Below are positions 50,503 to 63,356 of a stretch of 64,000 nt of DNA, one piece after another. Below the pieces are notes generated by a model. It saw only the letters and a program-made list of their open reading frames with translations, did not search any database and had not been told where the DNA came from. How positions within the stretch are numbered: position 1 is the stretch's first letter; the number at the start of each line of letters is the position of its first letter. A program made the position numbers and the translations under genes. Source of the DNA: Amphiscolops sp. MND2022 (taxonomy: Eukaryota); contig OZ076409.1 in NCBI GenBank assembly GCA_964187785.1, positions 29,574,001-29,638,000 of the forward strand, given 5' to 3'.

Positions 50503-51590
50503 TGTCGGAACGTGCACTAGTCTTATCGGTAACTGCATTTTGATCGTTCCCTTCTCCGTGATTGGAGGATAACTTTTCCGTTAAAGCTAATACCAGGCCA
50601 GTAAGTTCATTAATTTGTCTATTCATACTCGAGAAACGTTGGTCAATAGTCATTTGGTCGGGATGTTGTTCAGAATGAATGAGGTTTTCATTATCTAGTT
50701 CATCAATTTGATCTCTCGTGAGGAGGTCAGGAATGCTACATTCACTTTCGGTATCACTAACACGGTCATTTCTACTTGCTTTACTCATGAATACTGGGAT
50801 GGAACTTCTTGCCTGAGATCGTGTATTTACCATTTTGTATAAAGAAACTGGAGTTGGTGAAAGAATTTGAATTGAGATTTTAAGGTTAAATTTAAGTTGA
50901 GAGGAAAGATTAAATCTTTCGCAATGATGTGGTAAGCTACTGAGCGTCAAGTTATACCAAAGGTTAATGGCTGTCTTCTTGCACCTCTTATCAATTTCGC
51001 AATGTCGGTCACGTGACAACGTCACCAACGTCACGTGACTGTATTGACCAATAGCACTGCACTACTAATGAGGTCTTAATTGCGACATACTGGAGGTTGT
51101 ACTATTTGAGGCTTTACGATGATGTTGCGTTGCCATCGCTACGCATAATGTTTGTTAATTTTACTACACTAATTGAAATGAGTAATAATGCACTATAATG
51201 GTGGTTATTACCATCGTTACATGTAAATTTAGAAAGCACTGTGATGTGGTTATATTACCAACATCACTTACATATGGAATGAAATATGTTTATGTCATTA
51301 ACGCTATATGCTTGAGCAATGAAATGGAGTGGTTGAGTTACCAGCATAGTCTGGTTTAACTAATTAAGAAATGAATAAAATAATTACTTTAAAAATAGTT
51401 CTGACGATAGTATATCAACTACATTACGTGATGCACTTTAGGAATGGGTTGAGAAAAGTCATGTTAAGAGTGTATGATTATAATGAAAATGGGATTGGGT
51501 TGTTATGTGATGACATGTAAATAATGTAGAAATGATGTAATTGAAGAGTTTTAGTTTTTTGGTTTTAGTGATGCCGTGTATATAACTACA
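50503..51590 (-). repeat. 3' LTR (1088 bp, TGTAGT...CCGACA) containing the gag start (ATG at 50833)
   Basis: Directly preceded by the PPT GGGGAAAAGAA (51591-51601). Ends in CA. MVNTRSQ...SARSD frame runs to the LTR end. Two GTCACGTGAC boxes at 51008 and 51030. Confidence 0.8.
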
Positions 51591-51601
51591 TTCTTTTCCC
51601 C
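51591..51601 (-). promoter_or_regulatory. Polypurine tract
   Basis: GGGGAAAAGAA on the minus strand abutting TGTAGT. Confidence 0.75.
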
Positions 51602-52488
51602 ATTTGCATTTCGGCGCGTATTGTCGGTTCACCTTTTACGGATGTTGTTCAGTTGAGAGCATCGTTGTTCAGTATTATCATGCGTCAGGCATGACACTCC
51701 GGGTCTTTTTTGAAAAGAGCAAGTTGTGGGGGTGGAGGAGAGTTGGATGTAATTGTTCGTTTCTATCGGCTGATTTGAGCTTTGTGCTGATTATTCGTCG
51801 GAAATGGCAGTGACGTTGTCATAGCAACTGCATCGTGGTGGATGATTCGGCATCATGCTTGGAAAAATGTTCACTGCATTACGAACATTCCACTTCGGTC
51901 AAGAGTAAATATAAAGTCGATGTGGCGAATGTAGCCACGTCATCCAATCGTGCGCATTGTTTGCAGTAAGAGAGTGAGAGCGAGAGTGAATTTGCCGGAA
52001 ATTAATAACGTGGCAGCGTAATGAAATTACTCAGCTTATTCGGTAACTGTTCGGAAGTAAGATGCAGTGGAAATGTCGTGCGCTTTGTAAACAAATCTTC
52101 GCCGATGCCAAAACCGAGAAACAAATGTTTCTCCATTATATTCATTGATGCGATTCTTCAGCAGTTCAGTTCGGCCGCGGCTTACTGAGTGACTGTATCA
52201 ACTAAGCAAGTAGGCTATAGATAGGATAAGCCAGGAAGTCGTGTTGTGATTTTGACAAATTTTTCGGGTAGGTGTTGACCATTTTAGAGGAAATATTAGT
52301 AGACGGGTGACGGGAATTCGGTTGTCCCTTTGAAATTTTCGGGTAGTAACTTTGCATAGATACTGTGGGTGATCAGGCCACATGATCCTTAGAAGTTAAT
52401 TTGAATCTCAGTAAATCGCAAACGACTGTATGCTTCCAGATTGTTAGCCTTGATTTTATTCTTTTCAGACTTGCTTGTTATTGCCGTT

Positions 52489-55400
52489 ATGAGTTCAACG
52501 CCTCAAGTGGAGACGTCTCAGGCTGCGACTGATGTGGCTTCTGTTGTGTTAGCTGCGGAGGGAGTGTTCACTGAGTTGGCACAGTTAAGTTTTTCTTCGG
52601 TGGGCAGTGAGTTAACAGCTGCTGTGGAGGAGACTCTGTCAGGAGACCGTCTAGGAATTTGTTGCCGTTTCGCTGGGAAAGTGACTGCTGCCAATAAAGA
52701 AGTAGCCAACACGTTATTAGAGATCGCTCTATCGAGTGAATTCCGTGAGTACCCTCAATTTCCAATATTTCGTTGTTCTTTTTTTTTGTTTTTCGAAGTA
52801 GTAACCAGGGAAGGTTATCTTCCTTCAGAGCATCCTGAATTATGGTATGCTAGTATGTGGTTTGCACGGTACTGGCATTGTGGCATGTACTTCCCGGGAT
52901 CAAATGCTCTGGGTAACTGATGTGGTAGCTCATTAGGCATTATTGTACTTTAGAAGAATTGTCACTCGTAGAGATTGTGAGTTTGCTCCGGAGGCTGTTA
53001 GCTTCGAAACGGAGTATTGCTGTCAGTGGTGCTATTGAACTAACTGCTGTGGAGGATCGGCTCAGTTCTGTCCTCGGTGATGAGTGAGGTACGTAGTCGA
53101 TTGTTATCCATTAGGTTGAATATACTTCCAGTCGTAGTTCACTGTTAGGATTGGCGGTATCTTTGCATGTTGAATGGTGCACAGCATATGGTCAAAATTA
53201 AGTTGTGTTGTAGGGACTGTTACAGGCTTGCCTGTAACCATTGCTGAGTTGGAGTCATCATTTCAGCGGATGACGAAAGAATTGGCAGGGACTGTCAAAG
53301 CAAATATCGATTCCAAAATGGGCGAGCTGGGATCGGTCTGTGCGTTGTCCGTCGAGGAGTTCATCTGAAAGTTGAAAACAACAATGGAGCACTTGGCTGC
53401 GTCTTCTGTGCCTGGTGGATCTGGGGTCGAGCAAGCTGTGACAAGTGTGCCGTCAGTGTGGTTGGAAGCACCCGGGAGTCCTTTGGATGCCAGTAGTTCA
53501 CGATCTGTCAGTTTGAGTCAAGTGTCCGATGTTCCGACTGCTTTCGCTGGTGTCCGTTCAGTGGCTTCGAAAGAGGGGGGTATCTCCACATCCGCTACTG
53601 CTAAACCTGGTAAGAAATCTCAGAAGATCATGGGAGGGGTTTTAGTATTAGCACTTAGGTTAAGGATTACGATTTACGACACAAGTTTTTTTTTTGGAGT
53701 TGCTGTTTTTTATTGTAGGTCGCAATAAGAAGGTGAAGACGTTGAAGCCGGCCTATTTCGTTTCTGGTGTGGTGGGGACCTTTGTTGGTTTCCCACGACA
53801 TAAGCGCGTAGTCGACGGGTATGCCAGGTGCCTGTTGTGCAAAGTCGACCTCAGCATTGCCGGACGTGGTTTGTCTTCCTTGTGGGAGCATTGGCGGGGT
53901 GTAGAGCACACCCGTGTGGAGCAGAAGTTTCGCATCATGATGCAGATGCCGTTACTTGATAAGGCATGTCGGCCAGTGTCAGCAGAAGAAGACAGACGGA
54001 TTCGGCGAGCACGGATGTCTGAACCGCCTGTGTTTTTGGAGTCAGAGCTGAGTCTTAGTGTTGATGAGAGGGTTGCCATTGAAGAGGCTGAAGCGGTTGC
54101 TGGAGGAAAACCTGTTTTGGGCGAGGAGAGCGTTTCATTCCTGTGGTTGAGCCAGTTTGTGAGCAGTTTCTGTAGTACTACCACATTCAGAGATGTGATG
54201 CAAATGGTGGAGTCGTGGCGGGACACCATGAATACGGAACTGCGAGTTGAGTGCCGCACCTTAACCTACACACGATGTCAGGTATGTATCTACATAAGTT
54301 CATGTCGATTTCTGTTTGTGTGTGATGAGGTCATCTAAGGGTTGTGGCTGTATGTTTGGGTGTGCAACTATGCGGCTATAGTTGAAATTGTGCAGAAAGA
54401 GGTTGATTTTTTTTCATTTGTTTACAGAGTCTGGTTCACTATGGATTGTATCGGTTCGTCGTGGAGCAGTTAGATGAACTGATAGCTCGTGGTAAAGGCG
54501 CGAGTGTCAGTATCAGACGACATGAAGCAGATTGGTTGTGTGAGTGTCATGTGGTGTGCGACTACGCTGTGAAAACAATCGTTCTTGGTGTTGTGGTCGG
54601 CGGGACCGGTTGGGAGAAGCGAATGCTCGATACTGTTGTTCCGGTGTTGTTGAGTCTGTCACATGCTTCTTCTATGAGGGGGTACAGCACGGAGTCAGAT
54701 ACCCGCATTGGATACGCGCTAGCAGCTTCAGTCGGGATCGTTGACCCTTTGGTTGTGGGTCGAGTGACGCAAGTGTGGTTGTTTGACCTTGTTAGGAAGC
54801 ACTTTCTTGCTGAGTTCGTGGGTCTGGATCCCCTCAGCGTTCTGGACTATTTGCGTGTTCGACTAGCCTCCGTGGTGCAGGAGAGTGTTCTGGATCGTTT
54901 GCCTCGTTTGAAACAAGTGAGTATTTTGAACTATACATGTATAGTATGTGGTATATCAAAGGACATTTGATCCAATTTTTTTTTTGAAGAGGAGGTGTTA
55001 CTTTGCGGGGTCTACTTATTTTTCTTGCGTGGATGTTTCTTTTGTTGTTATAGTTTATACTAGTCGGAGGAAGTGATGTGGTTTCGTTGGCTGCTTTGTG
55101 TGCAGAAGTTGTCGAATACTGGAACGACCTCGCAGTCTATTTTGGAACTCATCGCCCCCATGTGACTTCTGAGTTGCGCCTGGTGACTCCGCTTGAGGGG
55201 CAGGTATTTGACGATGCCATGATGCACCCTCGTTTTGCCGTTCTACGTTTCATTTTGGATTTGTGTTAGTATGGTTTTTTTGTAATTGAGTTCAGCCAGG
55301 GTATTGGTGGCTTTTGTCGACTTAACTCTTTATCCCCTCTTTTGTTTCTAAATGGTACGTTCAAACTAATTATGAGCATGGGTTAACGTGTGTTGCGTTG

Positions 55401-56764
55401 TGTTTACAGTGGCCGAAACGTGTCCTCGATTGTGTAGGAGCAGCAGTGATAGTAACATGGTTGCTGAGCGTGAACTGTCACAATTCGTTCGGAGGCTGAT
55501 GCGTTTAGTGTATCCTGAATCAACCATACCTGCTGAGTATGAAGTGGATTCACTCCTGAAGCCAGTGAAGCGCGATTTCTCTACAAAAGACGAGAGTCTG
55601 TACCAACTGCATTTTGGTCAGTATTTCCGGTATGACGTTCGCACACAACTCCCGTTCTTCTACCGGTCAGTGCAGAAATTGTTGGGAGTGATATGCACGG
55701 AGCTTGTGGGGACGTGGCAATGTGGAGCTATTGACCACTTCAGTCTGACTCCTTTCGATCCGCTGTTGGTGCATGGTGGGTCTGATGATCGCTGTATTGA
55801 TGCTTTGGTCGGAACCTGTGCTATTCTTTCTCGTTATAATTTAATGAGCGACACCATAGCTGCGAATACCCTGAGACAATATCGGGAAGTGACCCAATTT
55901 TTCAAAACCAAGTGGGCCTTGATTGAAGGCATGCCTGCAGTGGATGATGTAATCACGATGTGGTTCTCGTATCCTTTTTGGTCTCGATGTCAAGAGTTGT
56001 TGTCAGTACTGAACCTATTGTTTGGACTTGCAGTTGTCGGAACTTACAACCCTAACTTCAGTGATGAGTTTGGTACTGCTATGTCTGTTGATACTCAGCG
56101 TTCTAGTCTGCATCTTGTCAGGAGTTGGTTTTCGAAGATGTTTGCGGGTCATACCCCTCATTCGCTCACTGGGCTACTACGTGTTTGTTCTACGAGTGAT
56201 ATGCAAGTGTCCCGATTAACAGATGAGGCGCGGTGCAGGCCTTGGGATCGGTTAATCAAATCAAGTCTGAGTGAAGCTCTCTCTTTGGGAAACGCTGTAT
56301 TGTCCAATGATCTAACTACTACCTCAACTGTGCCTATTGATGATTATCGATCGAATGTCTTGGCTCAAGTGGATCTTGTGGAGGTATTGAGTCCCCCACG
56401 AGCTGGACGGCGAAGCAGTCCCATTGGTGTCAGTAGTGCTAAGTCAAAAAAGAGTGCACGGAGGCAGATTGATGTGACTTTGGGCATTAGTGCGCCGTTT
56501 TCCGCTCAGACAGCCCCCCAGAAGAAGAGATCCGCCGTTAAGAATCCTAGGGGTGCGAGACGTTGTATGCCTTCAACTAGTCGTGGTGGTGTCCGTACGA
56601 GACAGTCAGTTGGGCGTAGAACAGGAGGGATTCCCCGAGGAACGAAACACTTGCAGTTAGCTAATGTTGTTGGCTCCGATGACGATTCCGCTAGTGAAGT
56701 AGTTGTGAGCGGGAGGAAACGACTGAGCCGTATTCACTTGGATTCGTCTGGATCAGGCAATTAA
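52489..56764 (+). CDS. Spliced BED-zinc-finger, hAT-transposase-derived gene inside the Gypsy element (antisense); at least one in-frame stop
   Basis: RCLLCKVDLSIAGRGLSSLWEHWRGVEH. Frame-preserving GT-AG introns at 53610-53718, 54282-54427, 54917-55053 and 55265-55409. Long last exon (ORF 55388-56764). TGA at 53366-53368; the 5'-most exons are tentative. Confidence 0.75.
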
Positions 56765-58341
56765 ATGTATGCGAACTTGTCTACCGTGAAACTTTTTTAG
56801 AAACTGTTATCTTTTCTGTTTGTTTTTGGTCATAATTCACTACAGTGAATTATTTGTGCTATTTCGATTCTTTTTTGGTCAGTGTAGATTTGCTATTTGC
56901 TCGATGTGATTTGATTATGTTACATTTTGATTTACATTTTGTGTGACGGCCTATGATTTGGTCTACATTTAGCAGATTGGTCGGCTAGGTTGCATGTTTT
57001 TCATGTGAATTTACATGTTGACTGTGTTATACTAATTTTTTGCGTGTGAACTTCGTTAGCTGGTTTCAAAATGTTGGAGCGATAGGCTCAGCTTTGCAAG
57101 TCATTCAAGTTCTAGTAGAGTAGTCGCCTAGGTAACTACCATTGAAAAGCTCTCACTCACCAAGTGCCATCCTCGTGTCAGCGTTGTTCATGATTATGGC
57201 TTACATATGACAGAGATGGAAGCTTGGTGGGTGGGTGGAGTCGCTCAACTCCTACAGATGATTTGAACTTTTTGAGTAGCTGCTTTTATAGTGCTCTAGG
57301 TGGTTGTTTGACAGATGTGTTTACTAACTTAAGTGTCATTTTAATCTGTCAGTTCATGTCAAGTGTTACATATGTTTATTTCTCATGTAGCGTTATTCTT
57401 GACGTCGTCATCGTTGATGTGTGTCATGCGACGTCATCACTTCGTGTCGTGTGTCAAGTGTTAACGTCAATCTTAATGGTAGATGGGTTTCCCCATGGCC
57501 ATTAAACTTTTTGACAAGGGGTGGTGTGTACCATCCCTTGTTACGAATCTTCGGTAATGTAGTGAATATGACTACATGTTTTTTGTTGTTCTGTCGTTCC
57601 TGCCGCGAGGCGAAGCCTACGCATCAACAGTAAGAACAAAAGTGTCATGATCTAATTTCGATGTAGAGGTGACGACTGCATTTTACTGTCCTAGGAAAGT
57701 TTTATATGTTGTTCATTGAATTGGGAAGGTTATTTGCCGTCGCAAAAACCCATACAAAACTAACACCGAATCCACTTGCTAAAGAGCAAGCTTCATCTGA
57801 ATGTTTGTACAATCACACAGACGCGCTTTTGATGACGCACCCACACAGCCGAACCACATCATGATTTCCGGGGCGGAAGTGCAGGACTAGATTTTGGCGG
57901 CGTAACTTAACTAAGGCAGTTATCTCTTTTGCATGTCCGGTTGTGTGCTATTACCTTTTGCTAAAACGGTTTATTTCTGTCGTCATAACGTTGGTAGGTA
58001 CAGAATTGCGAAGCAATTCCTTTGAAAGCGTGTGGTTGGGGTTTTCTGTGAATTGCATAAATTAGTAGCTCGTTTGCATGTGTTTTACATGTACTTAATG
58101 ATTTCCGGTTAACGTGATGCGGTGTGTATGACTGCATTACATGTATTTACTTTTGCGCTCAGCTGTCTCGGTAGAGAGTAACCATTTACTCTGCCGGTAA
58201 ACTCAAGTATGTCGGACAGTGAGTATCAGTCGTCACTGAATTGCGTAAAGTAGACTAAATAATTTAAAGGTATGATTGATGCATGTGGTGATGTAGACTA
58301 CATTCAATTGAATGTGAAAATGAAGTTTTAGGAAAATTTTA

Positions 58342-61300
58342 CTAAAGGCTTGTTGATTTGCGTTGCATGAATTTTAAGAGTGCCGGTTTTGCATGTAACT
58401 CGTGAACGAGGAAGTTGTTGTATGTTTTTGGTACAGGCGCTTCTCTAAGACTATATCTGGTAATATTGTTTCGCGTGATTGGTTCGGGCGTTTCAGGTGA
58501 GGATGTGGTTGGTCCCACATCATTGTTGATCGGCAAATTCATTTCTTCAGGCAGACTTTTAGATTCAGTTTGTTCAGTGTTGTTTGTGTGAGCGGTATTT
58601 CGTAATGGCTCGGGTAGAGGTGGATCCTCGTACATTTGTTCTTGTTCATACAAGATGATACCATGTTGCACGTCGGTCATGTCAGATTGTTTGTCAGGGT
58701 GAACTATTTCGGGCAGAGCGTTCGGCAGAGGTGGAACTTCGTGCATTTGTTCGCGTTCGTAATAGATTGTTCCGTGTTCTTTATCGACGCTCTCAAACTC
58801 ATTAGCGCCGATTTCAGTTGTGTTTTCAGCCGGAGTTAGTATATCGGGTGCAGGCAAATTTTCATTAAATATGGTTTGGTCGTCGGTAGCGTTTGGATCA
58901 CTATAGTGTTTTTTCGCTTTTCGCATCGTCATCTATGTCGTCAATGGGGTCGTGTGGTACGAATGGGCGAAGCGGCATTCTATGTACACACTGTGTTCGG
59001 AATGTACCCACCTTTCTAATGATGTAGTTTGAATGTGATAGGACTTTGACTACCTTGTAGGGTTCTTCCCATTTAAAGGAGTTGAAGGGAATTTTGTCAG
59101 ATTGTGTTGTAATTTTAGGATTCAATAGAAAGGCAAAGTCGTTTACTTTCAGTGGCGATGCTTGCGCTTTTCGGTCGTAGTAGGCTTTGTATTTATGAAA
59201 AGCCTTGATGATGTTGGCGTGCGTCTCTTTGAACTTTGTATTCAGGTTGTCCACTAATGTTTTTGTGTCAACAGTGTTTCGTGGTAGATTCAGAGGGTTG
59301 CTAAATTTCAGGTCTAGAGCGTTGTATGGCACTCGGCCGTGGAAGACTTCAGTTGGAGAACATTTTAAGGACTGATGATAAGTTGTGTTATGCGCCACAA
59401 CTGCAAGGTTAACATATCGGTCGCACCGGGGACGGTCCGCAGAGACGTTTATTTTCAGAATCTGTTTTAAACGTTGGTGTGACCTTTCGACCATCCCAAT
59501 AGATTGGGCGTGTTTGATTGTCGCGTGTGAGACCTTGATTCCGGCTCTGTTCATTAATTCGGTTATGACTTGTGAAGTGAAATCAGAGCCTTTATCGGTG
59601 ATAATATGCTTTGGTACGTTTGCATGTTTTGTGAAAATGTCTAGCAGAGCATCGACGACGGACTTCGTATCAGGTTTGCGGATCGGGATAGCAAACAGAT
59701 AACGCGAAAAATAATCACAAGCCGTCAGGATGTGTGAGTACCCATTAGATCGCGGTAACTCACCTACGAGATCAATTTCAAGGATGTCTTCAGGACCGTT
59801 GCAGGGGTCGTATATTGGTTCAAGTGGGGGTACTAGAGTATTAGGTTTCGCAGTTAGGTTTCGCTTTGATACATTCTTGACAATTGTTTACAAACTCTTG
59901 CACTTTTTCAGTTAGGTTTGGGATGTTGTACCGTTTCCTTAGTTCACTTAGCATTTTGGAAGCGCCAGGGTGTCCCTGTATGGGATCGCCATGCATCGTC
60001 CTGATTATGGCTTCAGTAGTTTCTGGAGGAACTACAATTTGTCGGTAAGCTAGGTGTCCAACATTGTCAAAAAACTGTCTGTACAAGACGTTGTTAACCA
60101 CTTCAAGTCTTTTACGGTTCTTGAACAATTTTTGAAAAAAGGTACTTTCAAAGTTTACGTGCTTAGGGGGTGTTTCTTGGACAGTAAGGACCCTGATTAC
60201 ACGTTGGACGTCACTACTTTCGCCTTGAGCCTTAACAATTTCTGAAACCCCCGAAGGGCATACCTGATTTACCATGTGGACCTGGTCCCGTCGGTGGAAT
60301 CGGGTGAAGAGAAGAGTTGGGTCAGAGGGCATTACGAATGGTTGTATCTGGGACCTGATCCCATCGATACGTCTGTTGTATTGGTCGTCACTTTCACGGT
60401 GTTGTTGCGGGAACATCGTCATCAGTGTTTGCATTGTCTGGTTCGATGACGTGGCGACATCTGGTACATCATGATCGTCAGGGATGTACTCCTCCTCGTC
60501 ATCGTCTTGTTTGGGCGTCTTGGATGCCAGGTCGATTTCCACCTTGAAGACCGGTATCTCATCGTGTAACTTGAGGTGGATCCTGTCTGCTGGGTTGATA
60601 TCGATCCTCGATAGGTAATCGGCGGCTGGGTTCTCGACGCCGGGGACGTGGGCTAAGACGAAGTCGAATTGGAGTGCTTGGTCGCAGTAGTTCCACAACT
60701 TGGGTGGTATCGGCTTTGACTGGAAGAATCTTGTGAGGGCTTTGTTGTCTGTCATGACAATGGTTGGTTTCTTCACACCCCACAAGATATGAGCAAACTC
60801 GTCGAAGGCGAAGTGCATAGCCAGGAACTCTTTCGCGTACATCGTGAGTGACATCTGGCCCTCAGTGAACCTTTGTGAACCAAACGCCACTGGTGCATAT
60901 GACTTCGTTGGACCCTCGCTGGTTTCAGTGTAATCTTCTATCAAGAGGACATAACCGGCTGCGTGCTCACTAGCGTCGCACATGATCACCAACTGCTTGT
61001 CAGGAAACGGTAACCTCAATGACATCTCAGCAGCGTTTGCCAAATTTTCGTTGATGTCAAATATTGCGCCTCTGTGGACTTGCGTGAGTTGAAATTTTAC
61101 GTCCTTTTGCAACAACTTGTATAGTGGCACTAACTTCTCGGCTAGTCTCGGTATGTACTGCCGGTAGAATTGTACAAATCCAATGTATCGCTGAAGTGAT
61201 TTCACTGACGTCGGCGGTTTGATGTTTTTCAGGAAGTCGTCAATTTTCTTCTCGATGGGCCCGATGCCTTTACTGGTAATGCTCCTGCCAAGAAATTCGA

Positions 61301-63297
61301 TTTCGGGGTGACCAAATGCACACTTCGACATCGAAAATTTGAGACCTGCTTGTCTGACTATGGTGAACACGGCCTCTATGTTGTCGACCAATTCTTCAAC
61401 AGTGCTGGCTGCAATGCCGATGTCGTCAACGTACTGCGCACACTTGTCAGCTTTGACCAGGGGGTCCAAGTACTCTCGAACAATACTATTGAAAGCTGAC
61501 AGGGACCGGTTCAATCCTTGGGCCAGTCTGAGGAAGGCGAACGTCCTGATTCCAAAGTTGAATGCAAGCAACTGAATTGATTGCTCGTCTGCCATCTGCA
61601 AGCAGTGATACGCTTGCGAACAATCCAGTTTGCAGAAGTATCGCTTCCCAGCCATATGTTGTGCTGCATCGGCCATCGTCGTCACTGGATGGTTGTGCTG
61701 GTTATAGTCATTCTTCAACAGGTGGTTGATCCTCCTAAGGTCTACGAGTATTCTCAGTTTTCCATTCGTTTTACGCTGGGCGAAGATGGGTGATGAGTAC
61801 TTGCTGTACGGCAATGTTGTGATTATGCCGTACTCTTGCATCAACGCCAGTTCAACTAGGAGGTCGTCTTTCAAGTTCGTCGGTGTAGGCAGACTTTGTG
61901 CATAGACTGGCTCGTCGTGTTTAGGAGTCAACTTTATCTTGAATTCGGTGTTGATTCCAATATCCAGCCTATGCCTGGCGAAGATGTCATGGTACTTAAC
62001 CAATAGGGCCTCAACTTGCTGCTTTTCGTGCGGGCTCAGTATTGATTGTTCCCGCTGAAAGTTTGCCAGGAATTCGTGTCGTTGCTCTTCGCTCGTCGTC
62101 GGATCAAGTTTCTCCTGTTCCCTGAGTTTGATGATCTCCTCATAGATTCGTTTCTCAGTTTTGTTCAGTTTTGATGGGTCGTCACACGTCTCAGGGGTAG
62201 GGTACCATCGTCTGTCTGATTTGGCAGTAGGGTCCTGAAAAATCTGGTTCAGTACAGCTTCAGCTTCGTCTGGGTACTGTGAGATCAGATTCAGTTGATG
62301 GTCGGTCATCGGCTGCAGATTGGTTGCTTGCTTCGGCGTCAATATTTTGAAGGATGCTACAGCCGTGCCCACATTGATCGTTATCTGATAATCTAGTGGA
62401 TTGGTAATCTGGACATGAGTCCGGCCCTCCTGGGTTTCGCTGAGAGCTGGCGACACCAGTAGGTTCGTGCGTCGTTCAAATGCAAGTAATCCTTCGACTG
62501 TCCCGGTGATGTCGCCTAGATCACGTTCAATCACCACTGGAGTGAACACTTGTTGGTTTGGTTGAAGCACTATCTTCTGGGTGGTCTTCAGTTCTAGTAG
62601 TTTATTTTTGAATCTGCCGTTGACTGATCGCAATTGGAGTGTCCGGGAATTTGACGATGTTGTTGGCGAGGTCTAGGGTGACTGAGTACTTTTTAAAGAA
62701 CGACATTCCTATGAGGATGTTCCCCATCGTCGGGAGGACCTCGAACGTTTCCTCGAAGATTTTGCCGCCAATAAAAAATCGTAGAAGGACTTGTTTCCTC
62801 ACAGGTACAATATTGCCATTGGCGATTTGTACCTTGAACTCTGGAGCAGGGAGTTCTTCAAGGAGGGCTGCTGGGTGAGCCGTGAGGATTCGACGGAGTT
62901 CAGCTTCAGAGAGGGCGCTTTGGATTGCGCCGGTGTCGAGTAGACCGAAGTTCTCGTATGCACGGAATTGAAGTGGTACATAGAGCATCCTGTCTTTTCT
63001 GTTCAGTTGAAGAGTGGCACTCAGCTGACGTATTTCATACTTCGGCTTTCTTGGTGGTTTTGGTGATTTGGCGGATGTGGTTGTTGTATCAGCGTTTGTT
63101 TGGTTAGGGGCTGCGTCATTGGTGGGAGGCTGATTTATGTTGTTGACTTCACTTCTTGGTTTCGTCTCTTTTGGTTTAAGGGAGTAATTATCAGTCGAAT
63201 GTCGGGTGATGACAAAGTTTGTAGTCTCCTTAGTGTAAGTTGAAGGACGGGACTGCCACCCCGTGTTGTTTCCAGTATGTAGTCGAGTCTGGGTCAT
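58342..63297 (-). pseudogene. Gypsy pol: protease, dUTPase-like spacer, RT, RNase H, integrase; about three frameshifts
   Basis: LLDTGAIQSAL; RILVDLRRIN; CAQYVDDIG; IMCDASEHAAG; MTDNKAL; HGDPIQGH...CQEC; EIDLVG, ITDKGS, GMVERSH. Frameshifts near 62620, 59845 and 58915. Confidence 0.95.
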
Positions 63298-63356
63298 AGT
63301 TTGTTGTCGTTGATTTAGTAGCGCACTTTTGTATGATTGTGGAGGATGACGTGGCT

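Noticed and set aside
51602-58341. An autonomous hAT transposon inserted by chance
   Set aside because: Disfavoured, not excluded: I found no TIRs or TSD, catalytic residues look lost, and a second family shows the same position and orientation.
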